Notes: generated from the sequence alone by a model not told the origin. Counted from the first letter of the stretch, positions 35,882 to 45,526 are shown. The stretch: 64,000 nucleotides of DNA from a virus (IMGVR_UViG_2551306637_000004:1-64000); one strand, 5' to 3'. Numbers and translations: made by a program.

Positions 35882-38390
35882 ACGACAACCGATCTTTGCG
35901 CAGACCGCACCGAGGTACTACGCGAAGGGTCTGCCCGTCATCCCTCTTTATCCCGAAGAGAAGAAGCCGATCCCGAACGACTGGTCGCGTTACTTCGACC
36001 ATCCGGTCGAGCCTGAGCAACAGCAGGCGTGGATCGAGCAGTGCCCGACGTCGAACATCGGTATCGTGCTCGGCCCGCAGTCGGGCATCGTCATGATGGA
36101 CATCGACACGGTCGATCAGCGGTTGACGTCGATCATCCAAAGCCTGCTGCCGGTGTCACCGTGGTGCCGTATCGGCAAGAAGGGGATGATGCTCGCGTTC
36201 AAGTACACGGGCCTGAAGACCTTCCGTATCAAGAACACGTCGGGCGAGACGATCTGCGAAATGCTGTCGGCTCGCACGCAGTCCGTACTGCCTCCGTCGA
36301 TCCATCCGGATACGAAGCGGCCGTACGAGGCGAACTGCGAACTGGTCGATGTCGTCCACATGCTGCCGGCGCTCGACCCGCAGATCGAATCGATGCTGCG
36401 CGCCGCGTTGCAGGAAGCCGGCGTCGAGTTGTCGCACTCGGGTTGGACGCGCGTGGTCGACTTTGCGTCGGCCGGCTCGCGAGACACGTCGTTGACGGAA
36501 CGCGCGGGCCTCTTCGCGTACGCGGTCATGCGGGGCGATCGCTCGTTGAAGGAGGCCATCGGTATGCTCCAGGCGTACGCGGCCGATTTTGTCGAGAACG
36601 TTGCAGGTGATCCGATCGACGTCGACAAGCACGTCAAGAACATGATCAAGTTCCTGCACCGTGACGTCTACGACAAGCAGAAGGTGCTTCCGAGCGGTTG
36701 GGATGACGGTCTGACCGACGAAGAGAAGCAGGCGTACAGCCTCGACTTCACGAAAGAGCAGGAAGAGTGGGGATTCGACGACCTCAAGCAGTTCCTCCTG
36801 GACGAATTCGAGCGTTTTCCGAAGGATTCGCCGCAGCGCAGCCAGTCGATCGACAAGGCGCTGCACAAGGTGGCCACGACTTCGAGCCTCAACAAGCTCG
36901 AAGAGGACCGCATCCTTGACTTCATTTCGACGTCGGGAGGCATGGGTCTGAAGCTTTCCTCGCTCAAGGCGCGCATCAAAGAGCTGCGTATGGGGGAGAT
37001 CAAAGGGCAAGACCAGTCGGAAGTGGCGCGCGCCGTCATCAAGGACCTTGAACAGATGTTCCCCGTGCGCGCGCACAACGGTTTCCTCTGGAAGTGGGCC
37101 GGTTCGCACTGGGAAAAGCTCGACGACAACTACGTGCTGTCGAAGATCTCTGCCGACTATGGCCATCTGACTGCTTGCAAGAAGTTCAACGACATCCGCG
37201 GCATTCACAACCTGATGAAAACCATCTTGCCGCAGGGTATCCGCACGCTCGACGTGCGCGGCGTGAACTTCGCGAACGGCTTCCTCACGGAAGACCTGAA
37301 ACTGCTGAATCACGACCCCGGCTACGGCATGATCTACACGTTGCCGTTCCGCTATCTGCCGGAAATCTCGGGAAACTGTCCGATGTTCTTCGAATTCCTG
37401 AAGAAGAGCTGGGGTGAGGACGAGGACTACCAGCAGAAGCTCGACGCTATTCAAGAGGCGCTGGCCGTCACGTTGTTCGGTCTCGGCCCGCGTTTCCAGC
37501 GTGCCGTGCTGCTACAGGGTGCGCCGAAGTCCGGGAAGAGCCAGTTGCTGAAGATCGCGCAGTCTCTCGTGCCCGACAACGCGCGCGCTGCGGTGCCGCC
37601 GAACGAGTGGGCCGACAAGTTTCTGCCGACGCAGATGTTCGAGAAGATCATCAATGTCGCGGGCGAGCTGAGCGAGAAGAAACTGGTCGATGGCCAGCGC
37701 TTCAAGGACATTATCGATGGCGCGGAGATGTCAGGGCAGATGAAGGGTGGCCAGATCTTCCGCTTCCGGCCGATCTGCACGCACTGGTTCGCGTCGAACC
37801 ACTATCCGCGCACTGAAGATACGTCCGAGGGCTTCAACCGTCGCTGGCTCGTGCTTCAGTTCAACCGGCCCGTGAAGGCCTCGGAGCGCCGCCTGGACCT
37901 CGGGGATGTGATCGTCGTCGAGGAGCGCGAAGCGATCGTCGCGTGGGCCGTGCAATCGATGAGCCGGTTGAAGGCGCACAACGAGTTCACGTTGCCCGAT
38001 TCGCATAAGCAGACCATGCGTGAAGTCGCCAACCTCAACAACAGCGTCCGGTTTTTTCTCACGGAGAGTGGCAAGGTGCGGATGGGCGCTCTCCAACCGG
38101 AGGCATCCGCTGGGTCGAAGAGTTCAGCCCCCATCTCGGTGGTGGAAACGAAGCTCTATCAGACATACTGGTCCTTCTGCGTAGGGCCGGGAAGTGCCAA
38201 GCCTGTTGGATCGACGCAGTTCAGAGCCAAGATGCGGGAATTGGCTACCGAGTTCGGATTCAAGCTTACGATCAGAAACACGGAGCTGGGGGGGCAGGAG
38301 ATTCAGTACGAAAACCTCACACTTGTGGGATCGTCGGGTTCGCAGAGTACATCGACGGCCCCTTCTGGCGCGAAGCCCATCGCCGCTTGA
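35871..38390 (+). CDS. Bifunctional primase-polymerase / SF3 (D5/P4-type) helicase
   Basis: GLPVIPL..EKKP, NIGIVLG..SGIVMMDID; LLQGAPKSGKS Walker A, FASNHYP, GFNRRW. Confidence 0.9.
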   Translation: MRTERQPIFAQTAPRYYAKGLPVIPLYPEEKKPIPNDWSRYFDHPVEPEQQQAWIEQCPTSNIGIVLGPQSGIVMMDIDTVDQRLTSIIQSLLPVSPWCRIGKKGMMLAFKYTGLKTFRIKNTSGETICEMLSARTQSVLPPSIHPDTKRPYEANCELVDVVHMLPALDPQIESMLRAALQEAGVELSHSGWTRVVDFASAGSRDTSLTERAGLFAYAVMRGDRSLKEAIGMLQAYAADFVENVAGDPIDVDKHVKNMIKFLHRDVYDKQKVLPSGWDDGLTDEEKQAYSLDFTKEQEEWGFDDLKQFLLDEFERFPKDSPQRSQSIDKALHKVATTSSLNKLEEDRILDFISTSGGMGLKLSSLKARIKELRMGEIKGQDQSEVARAVIKDLEQMFPVRAHNGFLWKWAGSHWEKLDDNYVLSKISADYGHLTACKKFNDIRGIHNLMKTILPQGIRTLDVRGVNFANGFLTEDLKLLNHDPGYGMIYTLPFRYLPEISGNCPMFFEFLKKSWGEDEDYQQKLDAIQEALAVTLFGLGPRFQRAVLLQGAPKSGKSQLLKIAQSLVPDNARAAVPPNEWADKFLPTQMFEKIINVAGELSEKKLVDGQRFKDIIDGAEMSGQMKGGQIFRFRPICTHWFASNHYPRTEDTSEGFNRRWLVLQFNRPVKASERRLDLGDVIVVEEREAIVAWAVQSMSRLKAHNEFTLPDSHKQTMREVANLNNSVRFFLTESGKVRMGALQPEASAGSKSSAPISVVETKLYQTYWSFCVGPGSAKPVGSTQFRAKMRELATEFGFKLTIRNTELGGQEIQYENLTLVGSSGSQSTSTAPSGAKPIAA

Positions 38391-38445
38391 TGTTGAGTAT
38401 GTATAACCGCGAAGAGAACTACTAGAAACGCGAGTACGAAAAAAA

Positions 38446-38476
38446 TCGCCCCGAGGGTAGCTAATCCTCGGGGCGA
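38446..38476 (-). terminator. Intrinsic terminator between the convergent primase and HNH genes
   Basis: TCGCCCCGAGG/CCTCGGGGCGA stem preceded by an A7 run. Confidence 0.7.
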
Positions 38477-38622
38477 CCTAACAGCTAACATTGATCAAAA
38501 CATGCCCCTGAAGAGGGCTGACAGTGAGGCTGGCCACCTCGACTGCCGAAGACAAGTCTCTCAACTCGTCATGCTTGACTCACCACCACAGATCATCAAG
38601 CACTTTGTTAACTTTACCTGTC

Positions 38623-39198
38623 TCAACCTACCTTTGCAAGTCCCTTTCGGCTTATCAAAAGAGGTTTTAGCAATTCATCGGTACTTACTCCTCTGTTAAG
38701 AGGACTATGGAGAACGACCTTAGCTGCAAGGTACATCTCATGCGCTTCTACAGGACTTGAGAACGTGCCCAGGTGGATTGCTTTATCGCGATAAATGGTC
38801 GCCCTGTAGTTCCCGGAGTTTGTGACGATGACCCCTGGGAAAGCGTCTTTCGTGTCCGCAAGGTTACTTACGGTTACAACTTGAGCGGGGTCAAAAAGGT
38901 TCTCAACCCGGTTATTTTGCTTGTCATCGTCTCGATGGCGAATCGAGCCTGTAGGCCAGTATCCATAGGCGAGTGCCCATACGAGATGATGTTCATAGAT
39001 GACTAACCCTTTGAAAACTACCTGCCGAAAACCTGACGGTTTGTGTAAGGAGCTGGCGATTTTTCCGGCCGATCTAGGTCCTCTTGGGCTGTTTGTCAGA
39101 CGAATAACGCGACCTGCTACTGGGTCGTAGCCAAAGTGCTCACGAGCCATCTCAACCGTAAAGTCCTGGCGCTTTAGTTTTTCTTTCTCCATTGTCAT
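38623..39198 (-). mobile_element. HNH homing endonuclease with AP2-like C-terminus
   Basis: EHHLVWALAYG..IRHRDDDKQNNRVENL; GV..YRATI..IHLGTFSSPVEAH.MY; AT-rich. Confidence 0.8.
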
Positions 39199-39554
39199 CT
39201 CTGTTTCATAGAGTCGTGCCCGTAGCGGGGCCAGAACGTTCGGACTCCAACCGGCCCAGCCTCAATATCTGGCCCCGAAATATTGTTACCGAATGTTTCG
39301 GTCGCGGCGGCGCTTGCCGGCAGCACGGGCAGGGGCCGGGGCGGTAGCGTGGGAAGTATAAAGCATACTATGGTTGGAAAATCGAAAAATTCAAACGCAG
39401 TGTACCTACCATAGTCGAAACCACAGCGCAACCCCTTCGCTTTAAATCATAGTATCCTTATAACCGTGGTAGATGCAGTAACGCAGCGACCGCGGGGCAT
39501 GCGCCCCGTGCGCGCTGGGGGAGACGTGCGCCTTGCGCACGGGACAGTCCCAAA

Positions 39555-39607
39555 GGTGCAACGTTGAACCTTTCGCAGCGCAGTAGATGAAAGGTGCAAG
39601 TTGAACC
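39555..39607. promoter_or_regulatory. Two GGT(T/G)CAA-n-TTGAACC palindromes upstream of the first early gene
   Basis: GGTGCAACGTTGAACC (39555) and GGTGCAAGTTGAACC (39593). Confidence 0.65.
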
Positions 39608-39661
39608 AAAGCAAACGGCGCAATCCCGCGCCATTCGCAACCTACGCTTAGGGGTACTAAC

Positions 39662-40420
39662 ATGGCTGAGTTTCAAATTGCATCGGGCGCGGCAACCTAT
39701 GCCGCGAAGGAAATTATCGGCACGGAGCGCAGCGCAATCACGCGCGCTTACTCGGCAATCGTCGCCTTGTGCCTTCGCGACGACAATCACGGCGCGCGCG
39801 GCTATGCGGCTCGCTTGATTGACGTGTTGAGCGAGCAAATCGCCGAGCAACGCGCCGGTAAAAAGTGGGCGGACATGGGCGCGGCCGATCGTGTTAGCGC
39901 CACGCGTGCCGCGTTTCCGACCGCGAAGCGTTACGCGGAAAAATCGGTTGGCATCGCGAAGCAAGCAGCCGACAAGGGCGCGCCCGTGACTGAAATTGCG
40001 AACGCAGAGAAAGACGAAGACGCGGCCGGCATCGTGCGCGCGTGGCTTCTCGGCATGGGCTGCACGTCGCAAGACGCGTTGTTTGCCGCGTTCGGGTTCG
40101 CGAAAGCGGCGGGCAAGCGCGAGCCGAAAGGCGCAACCGCGAAAACTCCGTCTGAAGTGACGAGCAGCACGCCTGAAGTGCCCGCGAGCGATGCACAGCC
40201 CGCACAAGCGCCAGCCGCAGAGGTGAAAGAAGCGGATAACCGCAGCGTTGCGGACGTATCGCGCGAAAACGCAGCGCGTTTCGCTGAGTCCGTGCGCGCG
40301 GTCATGGCTGGCATGTCCGATGCGGATCGGCAGTTCTTCGCACAAACGATTCTCGCCGATGTTCAGGCAGCAGCAGCCCTGAATATCGCGGTCGCCGAAA
40401 CCGAAACGGTAGCGGCGTAA
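39662..40420 (+). CDS. Ala-rich hypothetical early protein
   Basis: 252 aa ORF, GGGG RBS, downstream hairpins. Confidence 0.75.
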   Translation: MAEFQIASGAATYAAKEIIGTERSAITRAYSAIVALCLRDDNHGARGYAARLIDVLSEQIAEQRAGKKWADMGAADRVSATRAAFPTAKRYAEKSVGIAKQAADKGAPVTEIANAEKDEDAAGIVRAWLLGMGCTSQDALFAAFGFAKAAGKREPKGATAKTPSEVTSSTPEVPASDAQPAQAPAAEVKEADNRSVADVSRENAARFAESVRAVMAGMSDADRQFFAQTILADVQAAAALNIAVAETETVAA

Positions 40421-40455
40421 GTCAACCTCGCCCAGTTGCCAGACTGGGCGGGTTT

Positions 40456-40493
40456 GAACGGCTCGCGCGTGGTGGCGTGAGTCGTTCCTTTTT
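40456..40493 (+). terminator. Intrinsic terminator with CGUGGUGG loop
   Basis: GAACGGCUCGCG-CGUGGUGG-CGUGAGUCGUUC-C-UUUUU. Confidence 0.65.
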
Positions 40494-40628
40494 CTTCTCC
40501 CTATAGGGGCCGGCGCTACCGTTCATGCGCCTGTCGCTGGGGCATCCACGTATCCACGAATCCGGTCATGCCTCTGCGGCAGGCGTAGTAGCGCCCAGTA
40601 GGCGGCTTGATCCAGAAACTGGATGAAA

Positions 40629-40643
40629 AGTGCAAGTTGAACC
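40629..40643. promoter_or_regulatory. Operator-like palindrome
   Basis: AGTGCAAGTTGAACC, 15 nt before the ATG at 40659. Confidence 0.6.
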
Positions 40644-40658
40644 ATCCGGAGAATTCCG

Positions 40659-41039
40659 ATGCGCTACCTTGATCCGACGATCAGCAACTATTCGAAAGCG
40701 ATTTCCAGCGGCCTTGATGCGCAGCGCCAGTATCAGCGCGCGTTCCGGTTTGATCAGCAGCACGGCGAGCGTGCAGAGCGGCTGGCGTGCATCGCGATGA
40801 TCCGCGCCAACCTGCCGGAAGACGAATGGCCCGAGTTCGCCCGTGAGGCCGCTACCGCTCCCGCAGCAGAAGCGGTAGCGCTGCCCGTTACGCGGAAGCG
40901 GCAGCGGGCAGCAGAGGCGCGATACCGGCGCGAAGTGCAGGTCCAGGAGGTCCGGTGTGATCTCGGCCGGCTGGTCGAGGCGTGGGGCGCGACCGTCCGC
41001 GACGGAGCAACGTTGCGCGCGCTGCGCGGAGGGCGCTGA
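40659..41039 (+). CDS. Hypothetical protein
   Basis: 126 aa ORF, GGAGA RBS. Confidence 0.65.
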   Translation: MRYLDPTISNYSKAISSGLDAQRQYQRAFRFDQQHGERAERLACIAMIRANLPEDEWPEFAREAATAPAAEAVALPVTRKRQRAAEARYRREVQVQEVRCDLGRLVEAWGATVRDGATLRALRGGR

Positions 41040-41040
41040 C

Positions 41041-41154
41041 ATGGTCGCTGGAGCGGTAGCGGCATTGGCGATCGTGTCGTTATTGGCATGGGGCGCATTC
41101 GATAAGTGGGAAATAAAGCGAGTGCAAACGTTCAACTTGAACCGAAATGGTTAA
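41041..41154 (+). CDS. Small single-TM protein
   Basis: MVAGAVAALAIVSLLAWG..., GGAGG upstream. Confidence 0.5.
   Translation: MVAGAVAALAIVSLLAWGAFDKWEIKRVQTFNLNRNG
41129..41143. promoter_or_regulatory. Operator-like palindrome
   Basis: CGTTCAACTTGAACC. Confidence 0.55.
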
Positions 41155-41188
41155 TTGCGCGGCATTCCGCGTCACGCGAAACGCACGC

Positions 41189-41533
41189 ATATATCTGATA
41201 GTTGGAGCGGGCGATTTTGTGGGGGCGGTAGCGAATGTGCGGAGCGTAACCCGGTGCCCGAAACTATGTTGTTTCTATACAACATAGTTTTCCTTGTCCC
41301 CGGTTCGCTACCACGCCCCCTCCAGCTCCAGCTCCCGTAGATGGCCAGGAGGGGTGCAAAGCGCAGCGGCAACTATCTGATAGTTGTCTTGGATTGTCTT
41401 CGTAAATCAACAACTTACATATTTAACTTCTCTTCTTTTTCTCTTTCCCTTTCCGTTCCAAAGAAGAAAAGAGAGGGGACAAGGATGGGCGTCAAAGTCG
41501 ACTTCATTGCGAAATCGCATCTATCTGATAGTT
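41189..41533. repeat. Three (C/A)TAT-CTG-ATAGTT palindromes plus a 12-bp perfect inverted repeat
   Basis: 41189, 41371 (AACTATCTGATAGTT), 41519; AAACTATGTTGT/ACAACATAGTTT at 41261-41290. Confidence 0.75.
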
Positions 41534-41636
41534 CTAGTTTTATATAAGAAACGAATCAGACCTCCATCCTTGTCCCCCCTGAATTCGCGACGCGCTTCCG
41601 AATCGCGTTTCTGTCGCATTTATACGATAAATACCA

Positions 41637-42032
41637 ATGACAATGAAAACTACGCCCGTAAACCGGATATGCTTGTCCCCCTCGCAGCAAGTAATCGAGA
41701 CCGCGCATAGCAACGCGCTGCTCGCTACCGCTCCAGCTCGTGCTCTAGCTCCAGCTCGTGCTCCCGTAGCAGGCCGCGCGCTCGTCGTCTTCGCTCCAGC
41801 TCGTGCTCCACGAAACGTGCAACTTGCACCTTCGCTGTACGACGCCCGAGCCTATGTGCGGACGACCACGGTCTCGACGACTCGAACCATCCGCGGCTGG
41901 AACGTACGGGTGGAACTCACCGCTCGCGAGCTGGCTACCGCCGATTCCGCCGATCGCACCATCGGCAGACTGTGCGCCCTCGCGACCGTGATCCTGGCCG
42001 TGATCGGAATGTGGGCGCACATCTTCGGCTGA
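41637..42032 (+). CDS. Hypothetical protein with APARA repeats and a C-terminal TM (uncertain)
   Basis: 131 aa ORF; may be spurious over the repeats. Confidence 0.35.
   Translation: MTMKTTPVNRICLSPSQQVIETAHSNALLATAPARALAPARAPVAGRALVVFAPARAPRNVQLAPSLYDARAYVRTTTVSTTRTIRGWNVRVELTARELATADSADRTIGRLCALATVILAVIGMWAHIFG
41730..41807. repeat. Three exact 15-bp direct repeats
   Basis: GCTCCAGCTCGTGCT at 41730, 41748, 41793; followed by the palindrome CGTGCAACTTGCACC at 41816. Confidence 0.8.
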
Positions 42033-42171
42033 ATCAGCGGGCCAGACCGTTTTTCCAGGCGCAGGCGGGCCTTGCGGGACCTCCCGTATACCCACCTAGC
42101 CAAAAACAACGCCAGCGGCATATAGAGCCTCTGACAAAACCATTCCGATAGGAATCGTGATCACCACCACC

Positions 42172-42564
42172 ATGCCGCTTTATGCCGCGATTGCGTCCAC
42201 GCTCGCGACTATCGAGCGCTGCAAGTCCATGCGCAGCCCCTACCTTCCCAACCACGAAGTGCGCCTCGGAAAGCTGCTCGACATGCTTCCTTCAGGCTCG
42301 GGCCTTGACTCAGGCACGCAACTGCTCGAAGACGAGTGCAAGAGCAACAAGCTGGTATTTCAAGCCGATTTTCATCACATGAACGGACACGGGATGTACG
42401 ACGGATGGTCGGAACACCACGTGATCGTCACGCCATCGCTGGACACGGGGGCTGTCATCCGGATCACTGGCCGTAACCGGAACAGCATCAAGGACTACCT
42501 GCACGATGTGTTTCACCACGCGCTGTTTCAGGAAGTCGACCCATACCCGATAGGTTCAACTTGA
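42172..42564 (+). CDS. Hypothetical phage protein
   Basis: LPSGSGLDSG...DFHHMNGHGMYDGW. Confidence 0.7.
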   Translation: MPLYAAIASTLATIERCKSMRSPYLPNHEVRLGKLLDMLPSGSGLDSGTQLLEDECKSNKLVFQADFHHMNGHGMYDGWSEHHVIVTPSLDTGAVIRITGRNRNSIKDYLHDVFHHALFQEVDPYPIGST

Positions 42565-42567
42565 ACC
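42553..42567. promoter_or_regulatory. Perfect operator-like palindrome
   Basis: GGTTCAACTTGAACC. Confidence 0.65.
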
Positions 42568-42760
42568 ATCGCCTGAGAACCAACAAGAAGAAACGACGAA
42601 GACCATGAACGCTATCTATTCCGAAGCCCCCCAGCTGTTTGACGCAATCGACGAACTGTTCAAGTCGCGTGAAGACAGCGAGCAGGATATTCGACCGATC
42701 TTGACCGTGTTCGCGAGCTGACATAGATCGGCCTGCATTCCCTGAAGAGAACCCACCACC

Positions 42761-43075
42761 ATGAAGACTATCGAGACATATGTGACGGCCGATGGCCGGC
42801 AGTTCACCAACTACGTCGAGGCACTGCGCCACGAAGTGACCGTGGTATTGCCCGACAACCTGGCGCAGATCATCAACGACGAGTATGCGAAGGCGTCGTG
42901 CGGCGTTGCGTTGCAGGACGAGCCGCTGATGAAGATCGTCGACGGGGTCATCAACAACCTCCAGCACGTCGAGACGATCCTTGAGCAGATCAAGAGTGGC
43001 AGGGCCGAACTCAATGGGTTGGAATTCGTACAGCAGGCCACCCAGCGTTCCCAGTCGCATTCGATCCAGGGGTGA
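42761..43075 (+). CDS. Hypothetical protein
   Basis: N-terminal YVTADGRQF...HE. Confidence 0.65.
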   Translation: MKTIETYVTADGRQFTNYVEALRHEVTVVLPDNLAQIINDEYAKASCGVALQDEPLMKIVDGVINNLQHVETILEQIKSGRAELNGLEFVQQATQRSQSHSIQG

Positions 43076-43078
43076 GCC

Positions 43079-43369
43079 ATGCGTGAGATCCGCAAGTACA
43101 CCAGCTCGGACGGCAAGGAGTTCGCCACGCAGCGCGAATGTGCCGAACACGAATGCTCGACCACGGTCCCGGCGAAATTGAGGCAGCGCCTGCTCAAGTT
43201 CTATCAGGAAGAGCATGGCGCGATCACGAGCAAGATCGAGCAGGCAACGTTCGACCGCATGTGCGCAACGTTGATTCTCAATCGACGCAACGCCCGAGTC
43301 ATCCGCGACGTGTTGCAGGAATTCAGCAACGCGGCTACGCATCTGCCGCTGGAGCCGGTCTACAACTGA
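43079..43369 (+). CDS. Hypothetical protein
   Basis: N-terminal YTSSDGKEF...HE, similar to the preceding gene. Confidence 0.65.
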   Translation: MREIRKYTSSDGKEFATQRECAEHECSTTVPAKLRQRLLKFYQEEHGAITSKIEQATFDRMCATLILNRRNARVIRDVLQEFSNAATHLPLEPVYN

Positions 43370-43390
43370 TCGGATTTTGTAGGAGGGGCC

Positions 43391-43669
43391 ATGTGGTTCT
43401 CACGTCGGCCCAATCCCGTTGAGTGGCGAAAAGGTCGGTGCCCGAGTATCGAGGGCAAGCCGATCGTTGACTGCGCGCTGGTGAGGGGCCTTCCGGTTTT
43501 CATCGTGCCGCGTGAAGACGGGCATTGGGACTACTTTGTCTACGGTTGCCAGCGCAATACAGCTGAGACCTGGGATGACGCGGCACGCTTCGTGACAGAG
43601 GACGCGCAATCCCAACGCAACTACCACCTTGACCAAGAAGAGTTCGACGCTCTGATTGGTTCAACCTGA
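43391..43669 (+). CDS. Hypothetical protein
   Basis: AGGAGG RBS, 92 aa. Confidence 0.6.
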   Translation: MWFSRRPNPVEWRKGRCPSIEGKPIVDCALVRGLPVFIVPREDGHWDYFVYGCQRNTAETWDDAARFVTEDAQSQRNYHLDQEEFDALIGST

Positions 43670-43672
43670 ACC
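43658..43672. promoter_or_regulatory. Operator-like palindrome
   Basis: GGTTCAACCTGAACC, 14 nt before the ATG at 43687. Confidence 0.6.
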
Positions 43673-43686
43673 AAGGATCAAACATC

Positions 43687-44331
43687 ATGGGCAACACCAC
43701 CACCTACGGCCCGTTTGAAAGTTTCGAAGAGATGATGAGCGATGCTGGCCAGCGCGCACCATACGTCGAACGAGCGATGCAGATCGTGCTTACAGCAAGC
43801 GTGTTCGAGCAACTGAACGATGAGCAACGCGACGTGAATCTGCCGCTCGACGTGCTCGTCGACAACATGGCCAAGCAGTGCGGTATGGTCATCAAGAACC
43901 ACGAGGACGGCCCGCGACTGCGCAAGGCTTGGTACTACGAGCTGGAGGATCAACGCACGGTATCGGATCGTGCTGAATCTCTCAACGAACGTGACGTGAT
44001 TCTCCACCTGACGGCGATGCTCGAGCATTTCGCAGGCATGCAGGAGACCCACGAACAGCGGCTTGCTGCCATGTACGCGCAGCACGGTCGCATGTGCCTG
44101 AAGCAGCGTCCGCATCCGATCTCATCGCGACCATACGCGGATCGGCAACGGATGGCATTCAACATGCGTGACTTCGCTGGCGAGTTTGCACGGAAGCTGG
44201 CCCACGCGTGGATCAACGCTGACATGTCGAACTGCCGGCGAATCGAAGAAGCGTTTCCGCATCTCTTCGCGAAGTACAGCGACCCGAGCTACGACCGGGT
44301 GCGCGAGGAGCGCGAGGGAGTGCCGGCATGA
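43687..44331 (+). CDS. Hypothetical protein
   Basis: 214 aa; C-terminal GEFARKLAHAWINAD..N..RIEEAFP. Confidence 0.7.
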   Translation: MGNTTTYGPFESFEEMMSDAGQRAPYVERAMQIVLTASVFEQLNDEQRDVNLPLDVLVDNMAKQCGMVIKNHEDGPRLRKAWYYELEDQRTVSDRAESLNERDVILHLTAMLEHFAGMQETHEQRLAAMYAQHGRMCLKQRPHPISSRPYADRQRMAFNMRDFAGEFARKLAHAWINADMSNCRRIEEAFPHLFAKYSDPSYDRVREEREGVPA

Positions 44332-44546
44332 CCAAGGGGTTCGTCGTGTTCTACCACATCAAGTCAAACGGCGGATTTTTATACGGTGAAGGCGATGACC
44401 CCCGAGGTTACGGCGGTACTTACAACTTCGCTGAGGCGGCACGTTTCCCGACCTCCAAGAAAGCGCGCGAGATGGGGGCGGCGTATCTGCGATTGTGTCG
44501 TGCAGACCCGGACGACAGCAGCGCTACGGTACTGAAGCAAATCTAA
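44328..44546 (+). CDS. Hypothetical protein
   Basis: ATGA-coupled, 72 aa. Confidence 0.55.
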   Translation: MTKGFVVFYHIKSNGGFLYGEGDDPRGYGGTYNFAEAARFPTSKKAREMGAAYLRLCRADPDDSSATVLKQI

Positions 44547-44572
44547 AACGATTCACCACCACGGATCAAAAC

Positions 44573-44887
44573 ATGAGCACCCAAGAACTGGCCAAGAACA
44601 CGACTGAAGTCGATGTCAACGCAGCGGCCGCGGCCGCGGCCGACGTCGACAAACTCATCACGAACGCAACGGTTCAACTTGAACCTCCTGCGCCGTACAC
44701 GAAGCGCGAAGTGAAGTTCGCTCGCGATCTGCTTCAGTTTCAACTGAGCGAGCACATCAAGCGGGTGATTGCCCGATTCGAGAGTGAGACTGGTGCAAAG
44801 GTTACGGGTATCGCCTACAACCCGTACACGACGGCCGATACCCCGGTGGCGCTGACCGTCTACCACAACGACGAATACGTCTTCTGA
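44573..44887 (+). CDS. Hypothetical protein
   Basis: Preceded by a CCACCAC hairpin and GGATCAAAAC; contains a perfect palindrome at 44671-44685. Confidence 0.65.
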   Translation: MSTQELAKNTTEVDVNAAAAAAADVDKLITNATVQLEPPAPYTKREVKFARDLLQFQLSEHIKRVIARFESETGAKVTGIAYNPYTTADTPVALTVYHNDEYVF

Positions 44888-44894
44888 GGCGACG

Positions 44895-45179
44895 ATGAAC
44901 ATCCGCCACGTCTTCGACTTCAACAAGGCGCTGGACCACGGGCCATACGCATGGCCCGGTGGATACCCGTGCTACTTCATCACCTCGGACTGCGAGGCGC
45001 TTTCATTCAAAGCTGCGCAGGAGAACGCCGGCCTGATTCGTGACGCGATCATCACGAACGACAAGCATAGCGGCTGGAAGCTGATCGCGATGGACATCAA
45101 CTGGGAAGACACGAGCATGGTTTGTGTCCACTCGGGGAAGCCGATCGAATCGGCATATGGGGAGCGCACCAATGCCTAA
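44895..45179 (+). CDS. Hypothetical phage protein
   Basis: GPYAWPGGYPCYFITSDCEALSF. Confidence 0.7.
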   Translation: MNIRHVFDFNKALDHGPYAWPGGYPCYFITSDCEALSFKAAQENAGLIRDAIITNDKHSGWKLIAMDINWEDTSMVCVHSGKPIESAYGERTNA

Positions 45180-45354
45180 GTACGTCGTCACGGTCCAGGA
45201 TACCGTGCGTCTCACTACCACGGTTGAAGCTGCCAACGAAGAAGACGCCAAGAAGGATGCGTTGCGCACGCTCGAAACCCTTGGCGATGAAGACTTCAGC
45301 TACGACGTCATCGACCGCAATGTCTTCATGTGCATGGAGAGGGCCGATGGCTAG
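45172..45354 (+). CDS. Small acidic protein (VEAANEEDA motif)
   Basis: GGGGAG RBS; similar to the next gene. Confidence 0.55.
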   Translation: MPKYVVTVQDTVRLTTTVEAANEEDAKKDALRTLETLGDEDFSYDVIDRNVFMCMERADG

Positions 45355-45526
45355 ATTCACCATCACGGTTGTGCGGCCAACGTACTACACGCACGAATTC
45401 GAGGCGTCCAGCGTGGAAGAAGCGAAACAGGCAGCGCTGGACGCCTACGAACAGCACGGCTCCGAAGCTTTTGACTACGAGAGCAGTGGACACGCCACCA
45501 CTCACGAGGGAGATGCGCCGGCATGA
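45347..45526 (+). CDS. Small acidic protein (FEASSVEEA motif)
   Basis: GGAGAGGG RBS. Confidence 0.55.
   Translation: MARFTITVVRPTYYTHEFEASSVEEAKQAALDAYEQHGSEAFDYESSGHATTHEGDAPA

Noticed and set aside
39195-39431. 78-aa minus-strand ORF
   Set aside because: TTG start with no RBS, low complexity, and it lies in the probable divergent promoter region.
39487-39545. Short GC hairpins as N4-like hairpin promoters
   Set aside because: No virion RNA polymerase in the window, and such stems are expected by chance at this GC content.
41730-41807. CRISPR mini-array
   Set aside because: 15-bp repeats with 3- and 30-bp gaps and no cas genes.
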